Positions 28,528 to 38,052 of a stretch of DNA of 64,000 nt are shown here, one piece after another (the first letter of the stretch is position 1; the number at the start of each line of letters is the position of its first letter). The position numbers were made by a program, and so were the translations under genes. Source of the DNA: an uncultured Gammaproteobacteria bacterium (GTDB taxonomy: Bacteria; Patescibacteriota; Microgenomatia; 2-02-FULL-39-11); assembly GCA_964520615.1 (NCBI GenBank), contig CAZFNL010000137.1, forward strand, positions 7,140-71,139, in the 5' to 3' direction. The notes below the pieces were generated by a model. The model was not told the origin of the DNA. It did not search any database and was given only the letters and a program-made list of their open reading frames with translations.

Positions 28528-29166
28528 CTATTGCCAACGATTGTTTTTATATTGTGACAAAGTAAAACTTGGACCATGCCCTGGAAATACTGTAGTGTCA
28601 CCCGGCAAGCTTAAAATTGAATATATAGATTTTTGCAGAAAGTCACTACTGCTATAAGAGAAGTCCGTTCTACCTACTCCTCCTCCGGCAAACAAAAGGT
28701 CGCCGCCAAAAAGAGATTTTGATTTTTCTTGATAAAGGCAAACACTCCCTGGAGTATGTCCTGGAGTCTCTAGAATTTCTATATTTTCATTACCAACATT
28801 CAGAGTTTTTTTATCCGTCAGAAACCCGCTAATTTGAGGTGGAGGATCAATCTGAAGAATACCCAGGAAATGCCGGGCTGATTGCTGCATATTCTTCATC
28901 AAGAATACATCCTTCTTGTTTATATAAAATGGAATATCAAAAGCAAGTTGTAGCTCTAAAGCCGCCATAATATGGTCAAAATGACCATGTGTAGCTACTA
29001 AAGACACAGGTTTCAGACTCATATCTTTTAATTTTCTTATAATATACTCAACATCATCACCGGGATCAATAATTAAAGTAGACAATGTATCAGGGTCAGA
29101 AAGAAGATAACAGTTGGTCGCCATTTGACCTACCGTCAACACTGTAATTTGGAGATTTTCCTTCAT
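28528..29166 (-). CDS. MBL-fold metallo-hydrolase.
   Basis: HGHFDH (HxHxDH) zinc-binding motif, plus downstream His and Asp ligands (ETPGHTPGS, GGD, FPGHG). Confidence 0.8.
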   Translation of the reverse strand: MKENLQITVLTVGQMATNCYLLSDPDTLSTLIIDPGDDVEYIIRKLKDMSLKPVSLVATHGHFDHIMAALELQLAFDIPFYINKKDVFLMKNMQQSARHFLGILQIDPPPQISGFLTDKKTLNVGNENIEILETPGHTPGSVCLYQEKSKSLFGGDLLFAGGGVGRTDFSYSSSDFLQKSIYSILSLPGDTTVFPGHGPSFTLSQYKNNRWQ

Positions 29167-29624
29167 TACAGGGAATACGTTTTTTGAAACACGCTAATAC
29201 CACTAGATGAATTAAATTTCAAAGAAAGATCAATTGAGGTAACTCCCGTATCATAGACGCATTTTCCACTACTGCAGGTTCCCAGCACTATATCATCCCG
29301 TTTGACCTCTGAGTCTCCACTTTTAAGCGTAATTTTCCCCAAAACTCCGCGGGGAATTCCTGCTCCAGTTACATAAGTCATCTCATATTCTACTGATTGT
29401 GTATCGGAAGGTATCCTTTTTATATCCAAAGATAAAGACTTATTACCATCATTCGATGTTAGACTAACTTCAACACTGCTTGAAACTGTGGGAAACGCGA
29501 CTGTAGGAGTAGGAGTGACATCTGTTACGGCGGGTTTATTTGAAACCAAACCCTTAACCGCAAAAAAGACAACAACTATAATAACGATAATAGCGATAAT
29601 AACTCCTATAATAATCTTTTTCAT
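29166..29624 (-). CDS. Hypothetical membrane-anchored or secreted protein.
   Basis: N-terminal hydrophobic anchor (IIIGVIIAIIVIIVVVFFAV), Thr/Pro linker, beta-rich C-terminal region. No recognisable motif. Confidence 0.4.
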   Translation of the reverse strand: MKKIIIGVIIAIIVIIVVVFFAVKGLVSNKPAVTDVTPTPTVAFPTVSSSVEVSLTSNDGNKSLSLDIKRIPSDTQSVEYEMTYVTGAGIPRGVLGKITLKSGDSEVKRDDIVLGTCSSGKCVYDTGVTSIDLSLKFNSSSGISVFQKTYSL

Positions 29625-29639
29625 TTTCTTCTCCTTTTA

Positions 29640-30968
29640 TTAAACTAAAGATTTCTGAATTTCAGCTGATAAATTACTTATTTTTACCCTTATCTGTACA
29701 GTTGTATCGCGGTTTCGTATAGTCACCGTATCATCCTTTAATGTATCATAATCTACAGTGATACACCAAGGAGTACCAGCCTCATCCTGGGCGAAATATC
29801 TTTTACCTATATTTCCCCTAGCATCCCAGTATATCATCATTTCGCTTCTAAGCTCATTATAAATTTTCTTGGCTTTCTCAACAAGTTCAGGTTTGTTGGC
29901 TACAAGCGGAAAGACTGCAGCTTTATAAGGAGCAAGCCTTGGGTGAATCTTCATGACAACCCGGTCTTTTTCTTCATGATAAGCATCAATAAGGAAAAAA
30001 AGGGCGGACCTATCTACACCCGCAGAAGTTTCTATATCCCAAGGAATATATTTTTCCCCGGAAAACGGGTCCATATAGGACATATCCTGCCCGCTATATT
30101 TCTGATGTCGAGTCAAATCCCAATCTCCACGATGGTGAATACCCATAAATTCAGACCATCCCCACGGTGAATTATATTCAATATCTGTAGCTGCTCTGGC
30201 ATAATGTGCTCTTTCTTTATCCGTATGGTCTCTAAATCTCAAATTCCCCTTTATCATGCCCAATTTCAAATACCAATCCATTCTGTCTTTTTTCCAGAAA
30301 TTAAACCACTTCTCACCTTCTTTTTCATCAGGTTTTATATAAAATTGAACCTCCATCTGCTCAAATTCTCTCGATCTGAATGTAAAATTACCGGGTGTAA
30401 TCTCATTTCTGAAAGCTTTTCCTATCTGAGCAATACCAAAAGGTATTCTAACCCTTGTAGAATCAAGAACATTCCTAAAATTCACATGTACTCCATTTGT
30501 TATTTCTCCCCTCAAATATATTTCTGACTGCTTCCCCTCAATTACTCCCAAGTATGCCTTAACAAGAAGGTTGAATTTTTGGGGTTTGGTCCATTCCACT
30601 TTGATATTTTTTTCATTATTTTCTTTCGCGTGAGCTTCTTCATGTTCATTAATCTCTTCGCTCTTATCAGCCCTAAACCTTGCATGACAGATCTTACACT
30701 CTACTAACGGATCAACAAATGCCTCCACGTGTCCTGAAGCTACCCAAGCCTGAGGATTCATCATGATTGCCGCATCAATTCCCACAATATCATCCCGCAG
30801 TTGCACCATATCTTTCCACCAGAGATCTTTGATATTCTTCTTTAACAATACCCCTAAGGGTCCATAATCCCAAGTTCCGCCCAATCCTCCATAAACTTCA
30901 CTCCCGGGATAAATAAATCCCCTCCTTTTGCAAAGACTAACAATTTTCTCGAGTTGTACCATATACAA
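29640..30968 (-). CDS. glyS: Glycine--tRNA ligase (class II, alpha2 type). The likely true start is the ATG at 30962, because the ORF track starts at a TTG.
   Basis: LCKRRGFIYPGSEVYGGLGGTWDYGPLG N-terminal signature, class II motifs, the zinc-like insertion CKICHARF and a C-terminal anticodon-binding domain. Confidence 0.9.
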   Translation of the reverse strand: MYMVQLEKIVSLCKRRGFIYPGSEVYGGLGGTWDYGPLGVLLKKNIKDLWWKDMVQLRDDIVGIDAAIMMNPQAWVASGHVEAFVDPLVECKICHARFRADKSEEINEHEEAHAKENNEKNIKVEWTKPQKFNLLVKAYLGVIEGKQSEIYLRGEITNGVHVNFRNVLDSTRVRIPFGIAQIGKAFRNEITPGNFTFRSREFEQMEVQFYIKPDEKEGEKWFNFWKKDRMDWYLKLGMIKGNLRFRDHTDKERAHYARAATDIEYNSPWGWSEFMGIHHRGDWDLTRHQKYSGQDMSYMDPFSGEKYIPWDIETSAGVDRSALFFLIDAYHEEKDRVVMKIHPRLAPYKAAVFPLVANKPELVEKAKKIYNELRSEMMIYWDARGNIGKRYFAQDEAGTPWCITVDYDTLKDDTVTIRNRDTTVQIRVKISNLSAEIQKSLV

Positions 30969-31205
30969 ATAAAAAACCCGTCCTAATATAATTAGGGACG
31001 AGTTTAAATTACCCGCGGTTCCACCCTTCTTTTCCGAGTATTCATCGGAACACTTTTTGTATTTCTGCAGTTCACCTATGCCATTAGGATCATTACTGCA
31101 AATCTAATTATATCTATTATAAACGACCAACTAGCATTGTCAATAGAATTAAAACACGGCTGTCCATTTCAGAGATTAGTATATTAGATAAAATCATGAA
31201 CACTA
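30969..31205 (-). promoter_or_regulatory. T-box riboswitch leader (Gly-type, UGGA discriminator) with an intrinsic terminator, upstream of glyS.
   Basis: The minus strand contains AGGGUGGAACCGCGGG (T-box consensus AGGGUGGNACCGCG), then the terminator CUCGUCCCUAAU-uaua-UUAGGACGGG plus UUUUUU. An alternative antiterminator pairing is possible: AGGG/CCCU and GCGGG/CUCGU flanking the UGGAACC bulge. A GGC-A candidate specifier lies ~60 nt upstream. Confidence 0.55.
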
Positions 31206-31213
31206 AGGTTAGT

Positions 31214-31771
31214 TTACAACTTTCGTAAAAGACTATCACTCTTCAGGTTTTTCTCCATCACTTCGGAAAGAAATCTTTCAAGCTCCTCTCCTTTAACCAA
31301 GTTTTTCCTTGGTAAATACCCTAACTCAATAAGTAACTCCAATATAAAATCATCAACTAAGCTTTTTAGATTATCTCCTTGCAACAGGTTTAGTTGAAGC
31401 AACGTTTTTTGACAGAGTAAATAAACCTGGTAATGATCTTCTCTCTCAGGACAAAGCCTATCAATTACCTCAGCGATACGATAAGCAAATGCTACTTTAT
31501 TCAAGTCTGTCTTAATTTCTCTATACACTTGTATCGTCTGAACCTCCGTCAAGATATCAAAATTTCTTCCTTTAGTTGCGTAAGCTGATATATCATTAAA
31601 AAGTTCCAGATGGGGAGCACGACGGCTGTTTATTTTCCTTATTCCTTTGGCAATTAAGATTATCTTTCCTTGGTTTTTAGTCAACACCGTTACCAATTTA
31701 TCCGCTTCTCTATAATTCAGCCTTTTTATGACGATTCCCTCTATCTTATATGACTTGAAACTTCTATCCAT
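31214..31771 (-). CDS. recO: DNA repair protein RecO (compact form).
   Basis: N-terminal OB-fold pattern (EGIVIKRLNYREADKLVTVLTKNQGKIILIAKGIRKINSRR...LELFN) typical of RecO. Confidence 0.55.
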   Translation of the reverse strand: MDRSFKSYKIEGIVIKRLNYREADKLVTVLTKNQGKIILIAKGIRKINSRRAPHLELFNDISAYATKGRNFDILTEVQTIQVYREIKTDLNKVAFAYRIAEVIDRLCPEREDHYQVYLLCQKTLLQLNLLQGDNLKSLVDDFILELLIELGYLPRKNLVKGEELERFLSEVMEKNLKSDSLLRKL

Positions 31772-31934
31772 ATAAATATCATACCAAAGTGAATAACTCT
31801 TATATTCCTATTATAAAGTGAGGCTCCCCGTCCTTATGCCCGGGGCTTCCTCCAGAGAAAAAATTTGCATTCATCTCTATGGCTAAAGCCCAAAGATTTC
31901 TGCGAAGGATTAAATTTATATTTCAGGAGATGGA

Positions 31935-33890
31935 TTAGAGCTGAAAAGTGACTGTTTTATCAGTCAGAAGAAAAAACTGATCAATTTGTTTCCCATTATA
32001 ATAAATAGTATATTGCGGATTGTCGGTTCCAGGCTGCTTTTGTATCAATAGTTTATACACATCGCCTTTCTTTACCTTAAATGGAAGGTTATATTTGACT
32101 ACCACCTGAGCTGCACCTTCTGGCTTGACCGTCATAAATCCTTCAAAAACAGTCTTGCCCAACTCATCATAGGTTGAAGTGGTTTTTTCTGATCCCACAA
32201 AAGAAGTTAACTTTGAACCGGAAGGCACATAGAATCTCAACCAATTACGCAAGATTCCGTTAAGACAGAGTTGTCCTGCTTCCAAATTACAGTTGCTGGG
32301 AGGTGAAGGGTTTTTATAATTTATAGTTACTGTTTCAGCTACACTTCCATCATCTGTTACATTTATCTCCTGTTTCACCGAAAACTTTACGAACAAATTT
32401 GATTTGGCTCCTGCAAAATTCACATTACTGATGTGTAAATAATCACCATCAAACGGCACTATTCTACCGGCAAAATTTAGGGCTTCGATACCTTTTTGCG
32501 CCTCTTGGTTATGGAAATAAAATAAAACATGCTTTTGTTGCGCTTCAGTTAAAAACATTTCTATAAGTTGTCCCCAGTATTTGGAGGGTGAAACGCCTAA
32601 AGCTCTCTGCATTATCTGGTACAGTAATACTCCAATTATATCTTTCCTCTCCGTATTGAAAGTAGCCAAAGGCTTGGCTGAATAGTCTTCAAGCTCATAT
32701 ATAGCTTTAGGACAATCACACCTAGGATCATTCTGCGCACTAAATTGACGGCCTGCAATATTGAAATCTCCCAATATTTTTATCGCATCAACCAATACAT
32801 GCGTATCTACAGCCACGATACCATCAAATGGAGGTAAATCAGGTACCGAATCCTTCAACATACTTTCAAGTTTCTGCATGGACACAACATAATCTGGAGA
32901 TAGATTGCTATCTCGCAACTCAAGAGTGTTGACCTTAATATGATATTTCAGTATAGGCGGAGGCGCTGGAAATGTCTTAGTTTTTGCTGCATCAAGTTTA
33001 TATATATCATCAGCTTTTATGACTTGCATCTTACCTTTATCTACCTTAAAAAGGGCATAACCTGTAATGAATCCTCCTGTAGCACGAAGTTCAGCATCGT
33101 TTTGGAAAAGAACCATATAGGTTTTGGGGTCTTTATTGCCTAAAAGCGTGGGGAGTTCCTTCAAGAATGGTTGAGCGTCAACAAAGAGCTTGGCTGTTGC
33201 GGAAAAAAGATTCTTTGCCGCTACAATTCGGCCTCTTATCGGTAATGACCCTAATTGTTCCGGATAACGGTTTGGGTCGATCTGATCAAGTTCATTCCCG
33301 GTGATATTAATTTTGGCGGCAATATCCGATAGTTTAGGCGTCACTTTATCCAAAGTCTCCACAGCAAGTTTTATCCTATCGTCAGCACTCCCTTCTACAA
33401 AAGATGATTTACCCTTCAATCCCAAAAGATCAGCGTATGGAACAAGCGTTGTGACTGTAATCTGTGCTGCCTGAACCCCTGCAATTCCTCCTGTAACCAT
33501 ATGTTGGAAATCTTTTTCATATGATCCTAAAAAAGGAACGTAACTAACCCATGCGACTTTACCCAATTGGCTATTTACGTTTTCTAAGTTGGACTCCAAT
33601 TCAGTAAGTTTCACTTGAGACGAAGCTATATCCTTGCTTTTTATTGCGAAATAAGCTTCTTTAGCAGAATTGGCGGATTTCTGTACAGCAAAGTAGAGAT
33701 TTCTTCCCGGAATAATGAGTGCTGCCAGAAAAATTACTATTAGTATAAGAAATACTGCTAGGACTGTACCTATTATCTTTAATGTCTTTTTCTCTCCGGC
33801 AGAATTTCGACGTTTTGAAACTATTTCTTTTCTTGATGGTGTTTTTCCAAAAGTTACTTGTTTGAATCCATCCATATTACTAAACAGCAC
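31935..33890 (-). CDS. Large membrane-anchored extracytoplasmic protein of unknown function (possibly DUF4012-like). First gene of the glycosylation cluster.
   Basis: A single N-terminal TM segment (IIGTVLAVFLILIVIFLAALII) followed by a ~590-aa soluble region. Overlaps the priming sugar-transferase gene by 11 nt. Confidence 0.4.
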   Translation of the reverse strand: MLFSNMDGFKQVTFGKTPSRKEIVSKRRNSAGEKKTLKIIGTVLAVFLILIVIFLAALIIPGRNLYFAVQKSANSAKEAYFAIKSKDIASSQVKLTELESNLENVNSQLGKVAWVSYVPFLGSYEKDFQHMVTGGIAGVQAAQITVTTLVPYADLLGLKGKSSFVEGSADDRIKLAVETLDKVTPKLSDIAAKINITGNELDQIDPNRYPEQLGSLPIRGRIVAAKNLFSATAKLFVDAQPFLKELPTLLGNKDPKTYMVLFQNDAELRATGGFITGYALFKVDKGKMQVIKADDIYKLDAAKTKTFPAPPPILKYHIKVNTLELRDSNLSPDYVVSMQKLESMLKDSVPDLPPFDGIVAVDTHVLVDAIKILGDFNIAGRQFSAQNDPRCDCPKAIYELEDYSAKPLATFNTERKDIIGVLLYQIMQRALGVSPSKYWGQLIEMFLTEAQQKHVLFYFHNQEAQKGIEALNFAGRIVPFDGDYLHISNVNFAGAKSNLFVKFSVKQEINVTDDGSVAETVTINYKNPSPPSNCNLEAGQLCLNGILRNWLRFYVPSGSKLTSFVGSEKTTSTYDELGKTVFEGFMTVKPEGAAQVVVKYNLPFKVKKGDVYKLLIQKQPGTDNPQYTIYYNGKQIDQFFLLTDKTVTFQL

Positions 33891-34566
33891 CTTTGCCTGT
33901 AATCATTGCAAAAGGAGTTTTTAAGAGAATTTTTACATCATACCATAAAGAGCGATGATTTACATAATCCGCATCCATGGCTATTCTTTTATCAAAATTA
34001 ACCTCTGATCGCCCGGATACTTGCCAATAACCTGTAATACCGGGTCTTATTGACAATACTTTTTTAACTAGATCTCTTGTTTTGGGATATTTTTTTTGCT
34101 GGTTTACTAGTTCATCAGGATAATAAGCCCTAGGCCCCACTAAACTCATATCTCCACAAAGCACATTAAGAAGCTGAGGAATTTCATCCAGAGAATGTTT
34201 TCTTATCATTTTTCCTAAAGAGGTGACACGAGGATCTTCTTTCAATTTATAACTGTTTTTTTTATATTGTTCATAAAGCAATCTCAATTTTGGATCCTTT
34301 CGTAACATCTGGTGAGCATTGACTACCATGGAACGAAATTTATACATCTTAAATAATTTTCCCTGCCTACCTACCCTCTCGGGAGTATCGGCAAATACAG
34401 GTCCCTCCGAATCCATCTTGATTGCGAAAGCCAAAATTAGACATATTGGCGAAAATAAAACAAGCAGTACTAAAGAGCCAACGATATCAATAAATCTTTT
34501 GAGGGTATTATCGTATAAATCGTATCTGAATATATTCATAAACCGACTTTCCCGAACTAACTTCAA
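33880..34566 (-). CDS. Polyprenyl-phosphate sugar phosphotransferase (bacterial sugar transferase family, PglC/WbaP C-domain type). Priming enzyme.
   Basis: KRFIDIVGSLVLLVLFSP ... FKMYKFRSM ... DEIPQLLNVLCGDMSLVGPR ... ITGYWQVSGRS signature. Confidence 0.85.
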   Translation of the reverse strand: MKLVRESRFMNIFRYDLYDNTLKRFIDIVGSLVLLVLFSPICLILAFAIKMDSEGPVFADTPERVGRQGKLFKMYKFRSMVVNAHQMLRKDPKLRLLYEQYKKNSYKLKEDPRVTSLGKMIRKHSLDEIPQLLNVLCGDMSLVGPRAYYPDELVNQQKKYPKTRDLVKKVLSIRPGITGYWQVSGRSEVNFDKRIAMDADYVNHRSLWYDVKILLKTPFAMITGKGAV

Positions 34567-34620
34567 TACTCAGCCTAAACGGTTTTAAACATTTATTCGT
34601 TCACAGCTTGTAATATCTTT

Positions 34621-35703
34621 TCAAATCAGGTGTTCATTTTCAGATTTAGCAAGACTCTCTACCAGTTTTTTAATTTTCGGAACTGAATTTTTATGACAAA
34701 TGAGTACTACATCATTAGTATTTATAACCAAATAACCATTAAGATCAATAGTCACTACCATCTGATTGGTATAATTATATATAAGACTATCATGACAATC
34801 AGTTACTAATACTTTTCCCTGAATAACATTTTGCTCAGGGGATGACTGCAAAGCCTCTTTAAGCGCCTCCCAAGCACCGATATCACTCCAACCAAGATTC
34901 TCACATACCACTAAAGCGTCACTTTCGGATATATTCTCCAATATCGCATTGTCGAATGAAATCTTACTAAGTAAACCATAATTTTCTCTTAACACAGTCT
35001 GAAAACTCTTTGTCCCATAAGCTTTATAAACTTTCTCCAAAATCTTAAACATTTCGGGTTGAAACTTCTTATATAGTTCCCATAAAAATGAAGACGTAGT
35101 CACAAAGTAACCTACGTTCCATGAATAACTGCCATCTTTATAAAATTTTTCCGCTTTTTTGAGTTCAGGTCGATAATGGAATTTCTCGAAAGAATAAAAA
35201 TCAACACCCTCAAAAGTGCGCTTCTTCTCTCCGTATTTTATCCAACCCAGATTTTGACTGGCAAATCGGGGTTTCTGTCCTATAAAAATAATCTTATTTT
35301 TTTGTTTTCTGACTATCTCGGCGCATGTTTTTATAATTTTTTTGAAAAAATCCTCTTGACGCACGATATGATCGCTCCAAAGTATCACAATCGGTTCCTC
35401 GGGAAAATTTCTTAGCAAACTTAAAGTCATAAGTCCCACCGCTGGACCAACATCCCTGGTTTCAGGTTCTAGGATTAAATTTTCTTTTGGAATATTTGGT
35501 AATTGTGAAATTACTATATGTTCATATCTATCAGAGGTTGCAATATAAATATCTTCCCAATTCAAATCGGGTAAAAGTCTTTCAGCAGCAAGCTGAAGAG
35601 TCGACTTATCCCCTATAACTTTCTCGAATTGTTTAGGAGAACTGCGTCTTGACAATGGCCAAAGCCGTGTTCCTACTCCACCTGCAAATACGATAGCTTT
35701 CAT
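34621..35703 (-). CDS. manC: Mannose-1-phosphate guanylyltransferase (GDP-mannose pyrophosphorylase).
   Basis: MKAIVFAGGVGTRLWPLSRRSSPKQF nucleotidyltransferase motif, ~360 aa. Confidence 0.8.
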   Translation of the reverse strand: MKAIVFAGGVGTRLWPLSRRSSPKQFEKVIGDKSTLQLAAERLLPDLNWEDIYIATSDRYEHIVISQLPNIPKENLILEPETRDVGPAVGLMTLSLLRNFPEEPIVILWSDHIVRQEDFFKKIIKTCAEIVRKQKNKIIFIGQKPRFASQNLGWIKYGEKKRTFEGVDFYSFEKFHYRPELKKAEKFYKDGSYSWNVGYFVTTSSFLWELYKKFQPEMFKILEKVYKAYGTKSFQTVLRENYGLLSKISFDNAILENISESDALVVCENLGWSDIGAWEALKEALQSSPEQNVIQGKVLVTDCHDSLIYNYTNQMVVTIDLNGYLVINTNDVVLICHKNSVPKIKKLVESLAKSENEHLI

Positions 35704-35752
35704 AACTTACAAATTGGATAAAACCTCTTTGGTTATAACCGACTTTAAAAAC

Positions 35753-35790
35753 CGCCTGCAAATACAATAACCTTCATAACTTGTGTTTTA
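35753..35790 (-). repeat. Duplicated copy of the manC 5' end (38 nt, ~87% identical), forming a 10-codon uORF (MKVIVFAGGF-stop) 50 nt upstream of manC.
   Basis: The minus strand reads AGAGGU-n13-AUGAAGGUUAUUGUAUUUGCAGGCGGUUUUUAA. Compare the real start AUGAAAGCUAUCGUAUUUGCAGGUGG at 35703. Confidence 0.5.
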
Positions 35791-35793
35791 CCT

Positions 35794-36909
35794 CTATGAT
35801 ATTTTTTCCTTCCACCATTGGTAAACCTTCTTTTTTATATTTTCCTTAAAAAAAGATTGAGAAAAACGTAAGGCATTTTCTCGACAGTAAGATGGTAAGT
35901 ATTTTTTTTGTGAAAATCTCGATAAGGCCGAAATCAAACTGCGTTCGTCTCTATGATCATATAGCTCTCCCGTCTGTCCGGATATAACTGTTTCTGCCAG
36001 TCCTCCCGCATTTAAGCCAACCACGGGTTTTCCACAGGCTTGTGCTTCAACTGATGTTAAACCAAAATCCTCCTCCCCGGGAAATATAAGAGCTATGCTT
36101 TTCTGATAATAGCAACAAAGTTTCTCATCTGTCAAATTACTGGAAATAAAATCAATATTCTTACCTGCTATATTTTTCAGTCTTTTTTCATCTATTCCGT
36201 CACCGATAATCTTCAGTTTCCAACCAAGATGATTAAATACCCTTATCGCGTAATCAATTCCCTTATAGGGAACAAGCCTTGAAACTATCAGAAAATAATC
36301 GCCTTTACCAGTTATTTTCTTTTCCATTCTAAATATATCAGTTTTTACCGGCGGAAAAATGATTTCGGATTCTTTTCCATAATATTTCTTTATTCTAACA
36401 GCTACAGCCTTTGATATGGCTATATATTTATCCGGTCTTTGAGATGAAATATAATCCCATCGGCGAAATGACGGTGAAGTAACCTTCATTACAATCCTTG
36501 CAACAGGATTTAAAACACCCATCCCAGGCTCTTTCAGATATTCATCATAACCACTCCAAAGATATCTAGTTGGTGTAAGACAATAGCATATATGTAAAGT
36601 CTGTGGTTTGGTAATTATGCTTTTGGCATCAGCTGAGGAGATCGAAATTACCACGTCAAATTTATCAAAGTCAAAAGACTCAAACGTATATGCAGTTAAA
36701 ACAGGAAACAGTTCATGTTTGGTGGAAGAAAAAGGTAGACTATCCAAAAATGAAGTCTTCACTTCAAATGCATCCGCCCATTTTGCTTTTTTCTTATCAT
36801 AAACTGCAGTATAAAGCGGTGCATTAGGCCAAATCTGGTGAAGTGAAAGTAAAACTCTTTCAGCTCCGCCGAATTTATTCACCTTATCATAAACTAATGC
36901 AATTTTCAT
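35794..36909 (-). CDS. Glycosyltransferase family 4 (GT-B).
   Basis: C-terminal FPGEEDFGLTSVEAQACGKPVVGLNAGG...GQTGELY motif. Confidence 0.8.
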   Translation of the reverse strand: MKIALVYDKVNKFGGAERVLLSLHQIWPNAPLYTAVYDKKKAKWADAFEVKTSFLDSLPFSSTKHELFPVLTAYTFESFDFDKFDVVISISSADAKSIITKPQTLHICYCLTPTRYLWSGYDEYLKEPGMGVLNPVARIVMKVTSPSFRRWDYISSQRPDKYIAISKAVAVRIKKYYGKESEIIFPPVKTDIFRMEKKITGKGDYFLIVSRLVPYKGIDYAIRVFNHLGWKLKIIGDGIDEKRLKNIAGKNIDFISSNLTDEKLCCYYQKSIALIFPGEEDFGLTSVEAQACGKPVVGLNAGGLAETVISGQTGELYDHRDERSLISALSRFSQKKYLPSYCRENALRFSQSFFKENIKKKVYQWWKEKIS

Positions 36910-38033
36910 CAGACTTTGCCATTAAAAACATTTTCATAAAGTTCTAGTGTCTGGAAAGCAGTCTTTTTCCAGCTGTACTTTGAAAGTCTTCTTGAAGCTT
37001 TAGTTACAATTCCTCTATAAAGTTTAGAATTCATATCTAATACCCCTAAAATCCTGTCTGCAATTGCCTCGAAATTATAGGGATCAAAAAAAGGCAAATC
37101 TTTATCCCAGATTTCACGAAACACAGGTATATCTGAAATAACAGGTATCTTTCCGCAGGAAAGCGCCTCAAGCGTAGGCAAACCAAATCCTTCCATCAGT
37201 GACGGAAACACCAAACATGAGGAAAAGGTGTAAAGATTGATAAGTTGCTTATCGTTAGCCTCGCCAAAAAAAACCACGTCATTGCCTATCCCATGCTTCT
37301 GAGCGATATCTTTTAACCTTGGATAGAAGTATTTATCATCTCCTGCCAATACTAATTTATAATCTGGCTTATTTCTTTTTATTTTTTTAAAGGCAAGAAG
37401 TGTGCGCTCCAAATTCTTATGTGGATAAGCGTTACCAACATAAAGCACATATTGAAAAGTATAATATTTTTCCGGATGGTAATTTCTCAAAGTATTGGCA
37501 AAACTTCTATCCAAGGCATCGTAAGTGACGTGTATACGTTTTGGAGGAACCCTATAATGATCGATGATTTCTTGTTTCGTGGTCTTGGAAATCGCGACAA
37601 TCGTCTCTGCTCTTTTTATTCCCCTTGCTATGGAAAATCTATATCCTAAACGCTTTGCTTTATATAAAACCGTAGGCAATGTGCTGGCTCTCCCGGTATC
37701 GAAATGATCAACAATTAAATCATGTATAGTCAATATGTATTTTTTTGGGTATAAAACAGGAACATTAAAATAAGTAAAATGAGCGGCGTCAAGTCTGTCT
37801 GCCAAGAGTATTCTGGGCATGACATATTGTTCTTTTACTGTATGCCACGGGATATCAGCTAATCTTTTGTGCCAACGTATGTTAGGAGGAGAAAACTCGT
37901 TAAATTCTTTTCTTAGCAAATATACAAAATAGTCATTCTTAATATCAATTTGAGATAACTCCTCAATAAGATTTCGTATATATCTTCCTACTCCGGTTTG
38001 ATGATAAAGCCGTGCATCAATTCCTATGCGCAT
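36909..38033 (-). CDS. Glycosyltransferase family 4 (GT-B).
   Basis: FPSLMEGFGLPTLEALSCGKIPVIS motif. Start overlaps the previous stop by 1 nt. Confidence 0.8.
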   Translation of the reverse strand: MRIGIDARLYHQTGVGRYIRNLIEELSQIDIKNDYFVYLLRKEFNEFSPPNIRWHKRLADIPWHTVKEQYVMPRILLADRLDAAHFTYFNVPVLYPKKYILTIHDLIVDHFDTGRASTLPTVLYKAKRLGYRFSIARGIKRAETIVAISKTTKQEIIDHYRVPPKRIHVTYDALDRSFANTLRNYHPEKYYTFQYVLYVGNAYPHKNLERTLLAFKKIKRNKPDYKLVLAGDDKYFYPRLKDIAQKHGIGNDVVFFGEANDKQLINLYTFSSCLVFPSLMEGFGLPTLEALSCGKIPVISDIPVFREIWDKDLPFFDPYNFEAIADRILGVLDMNSKLYRGIVTKASRRLSKYSWKKTAFQTLELYENVFNGKV

Positions 38034-38052
38034 TTTTGAGATTTAAAACTTA

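Noticed and set aside
31829-31861. GC-rich hairpin (gaggctccccg...cggggcttcctc) between the cluster's first gene and recO, as a possible terminator.
   Set aside because: The stem is imperfect and not followed by a clear U-tract on either strand. It overlaps where a recO promoter (a TATAAT is at 31795-31800 on the minus strand) would be expected, so its role is ambiguous.
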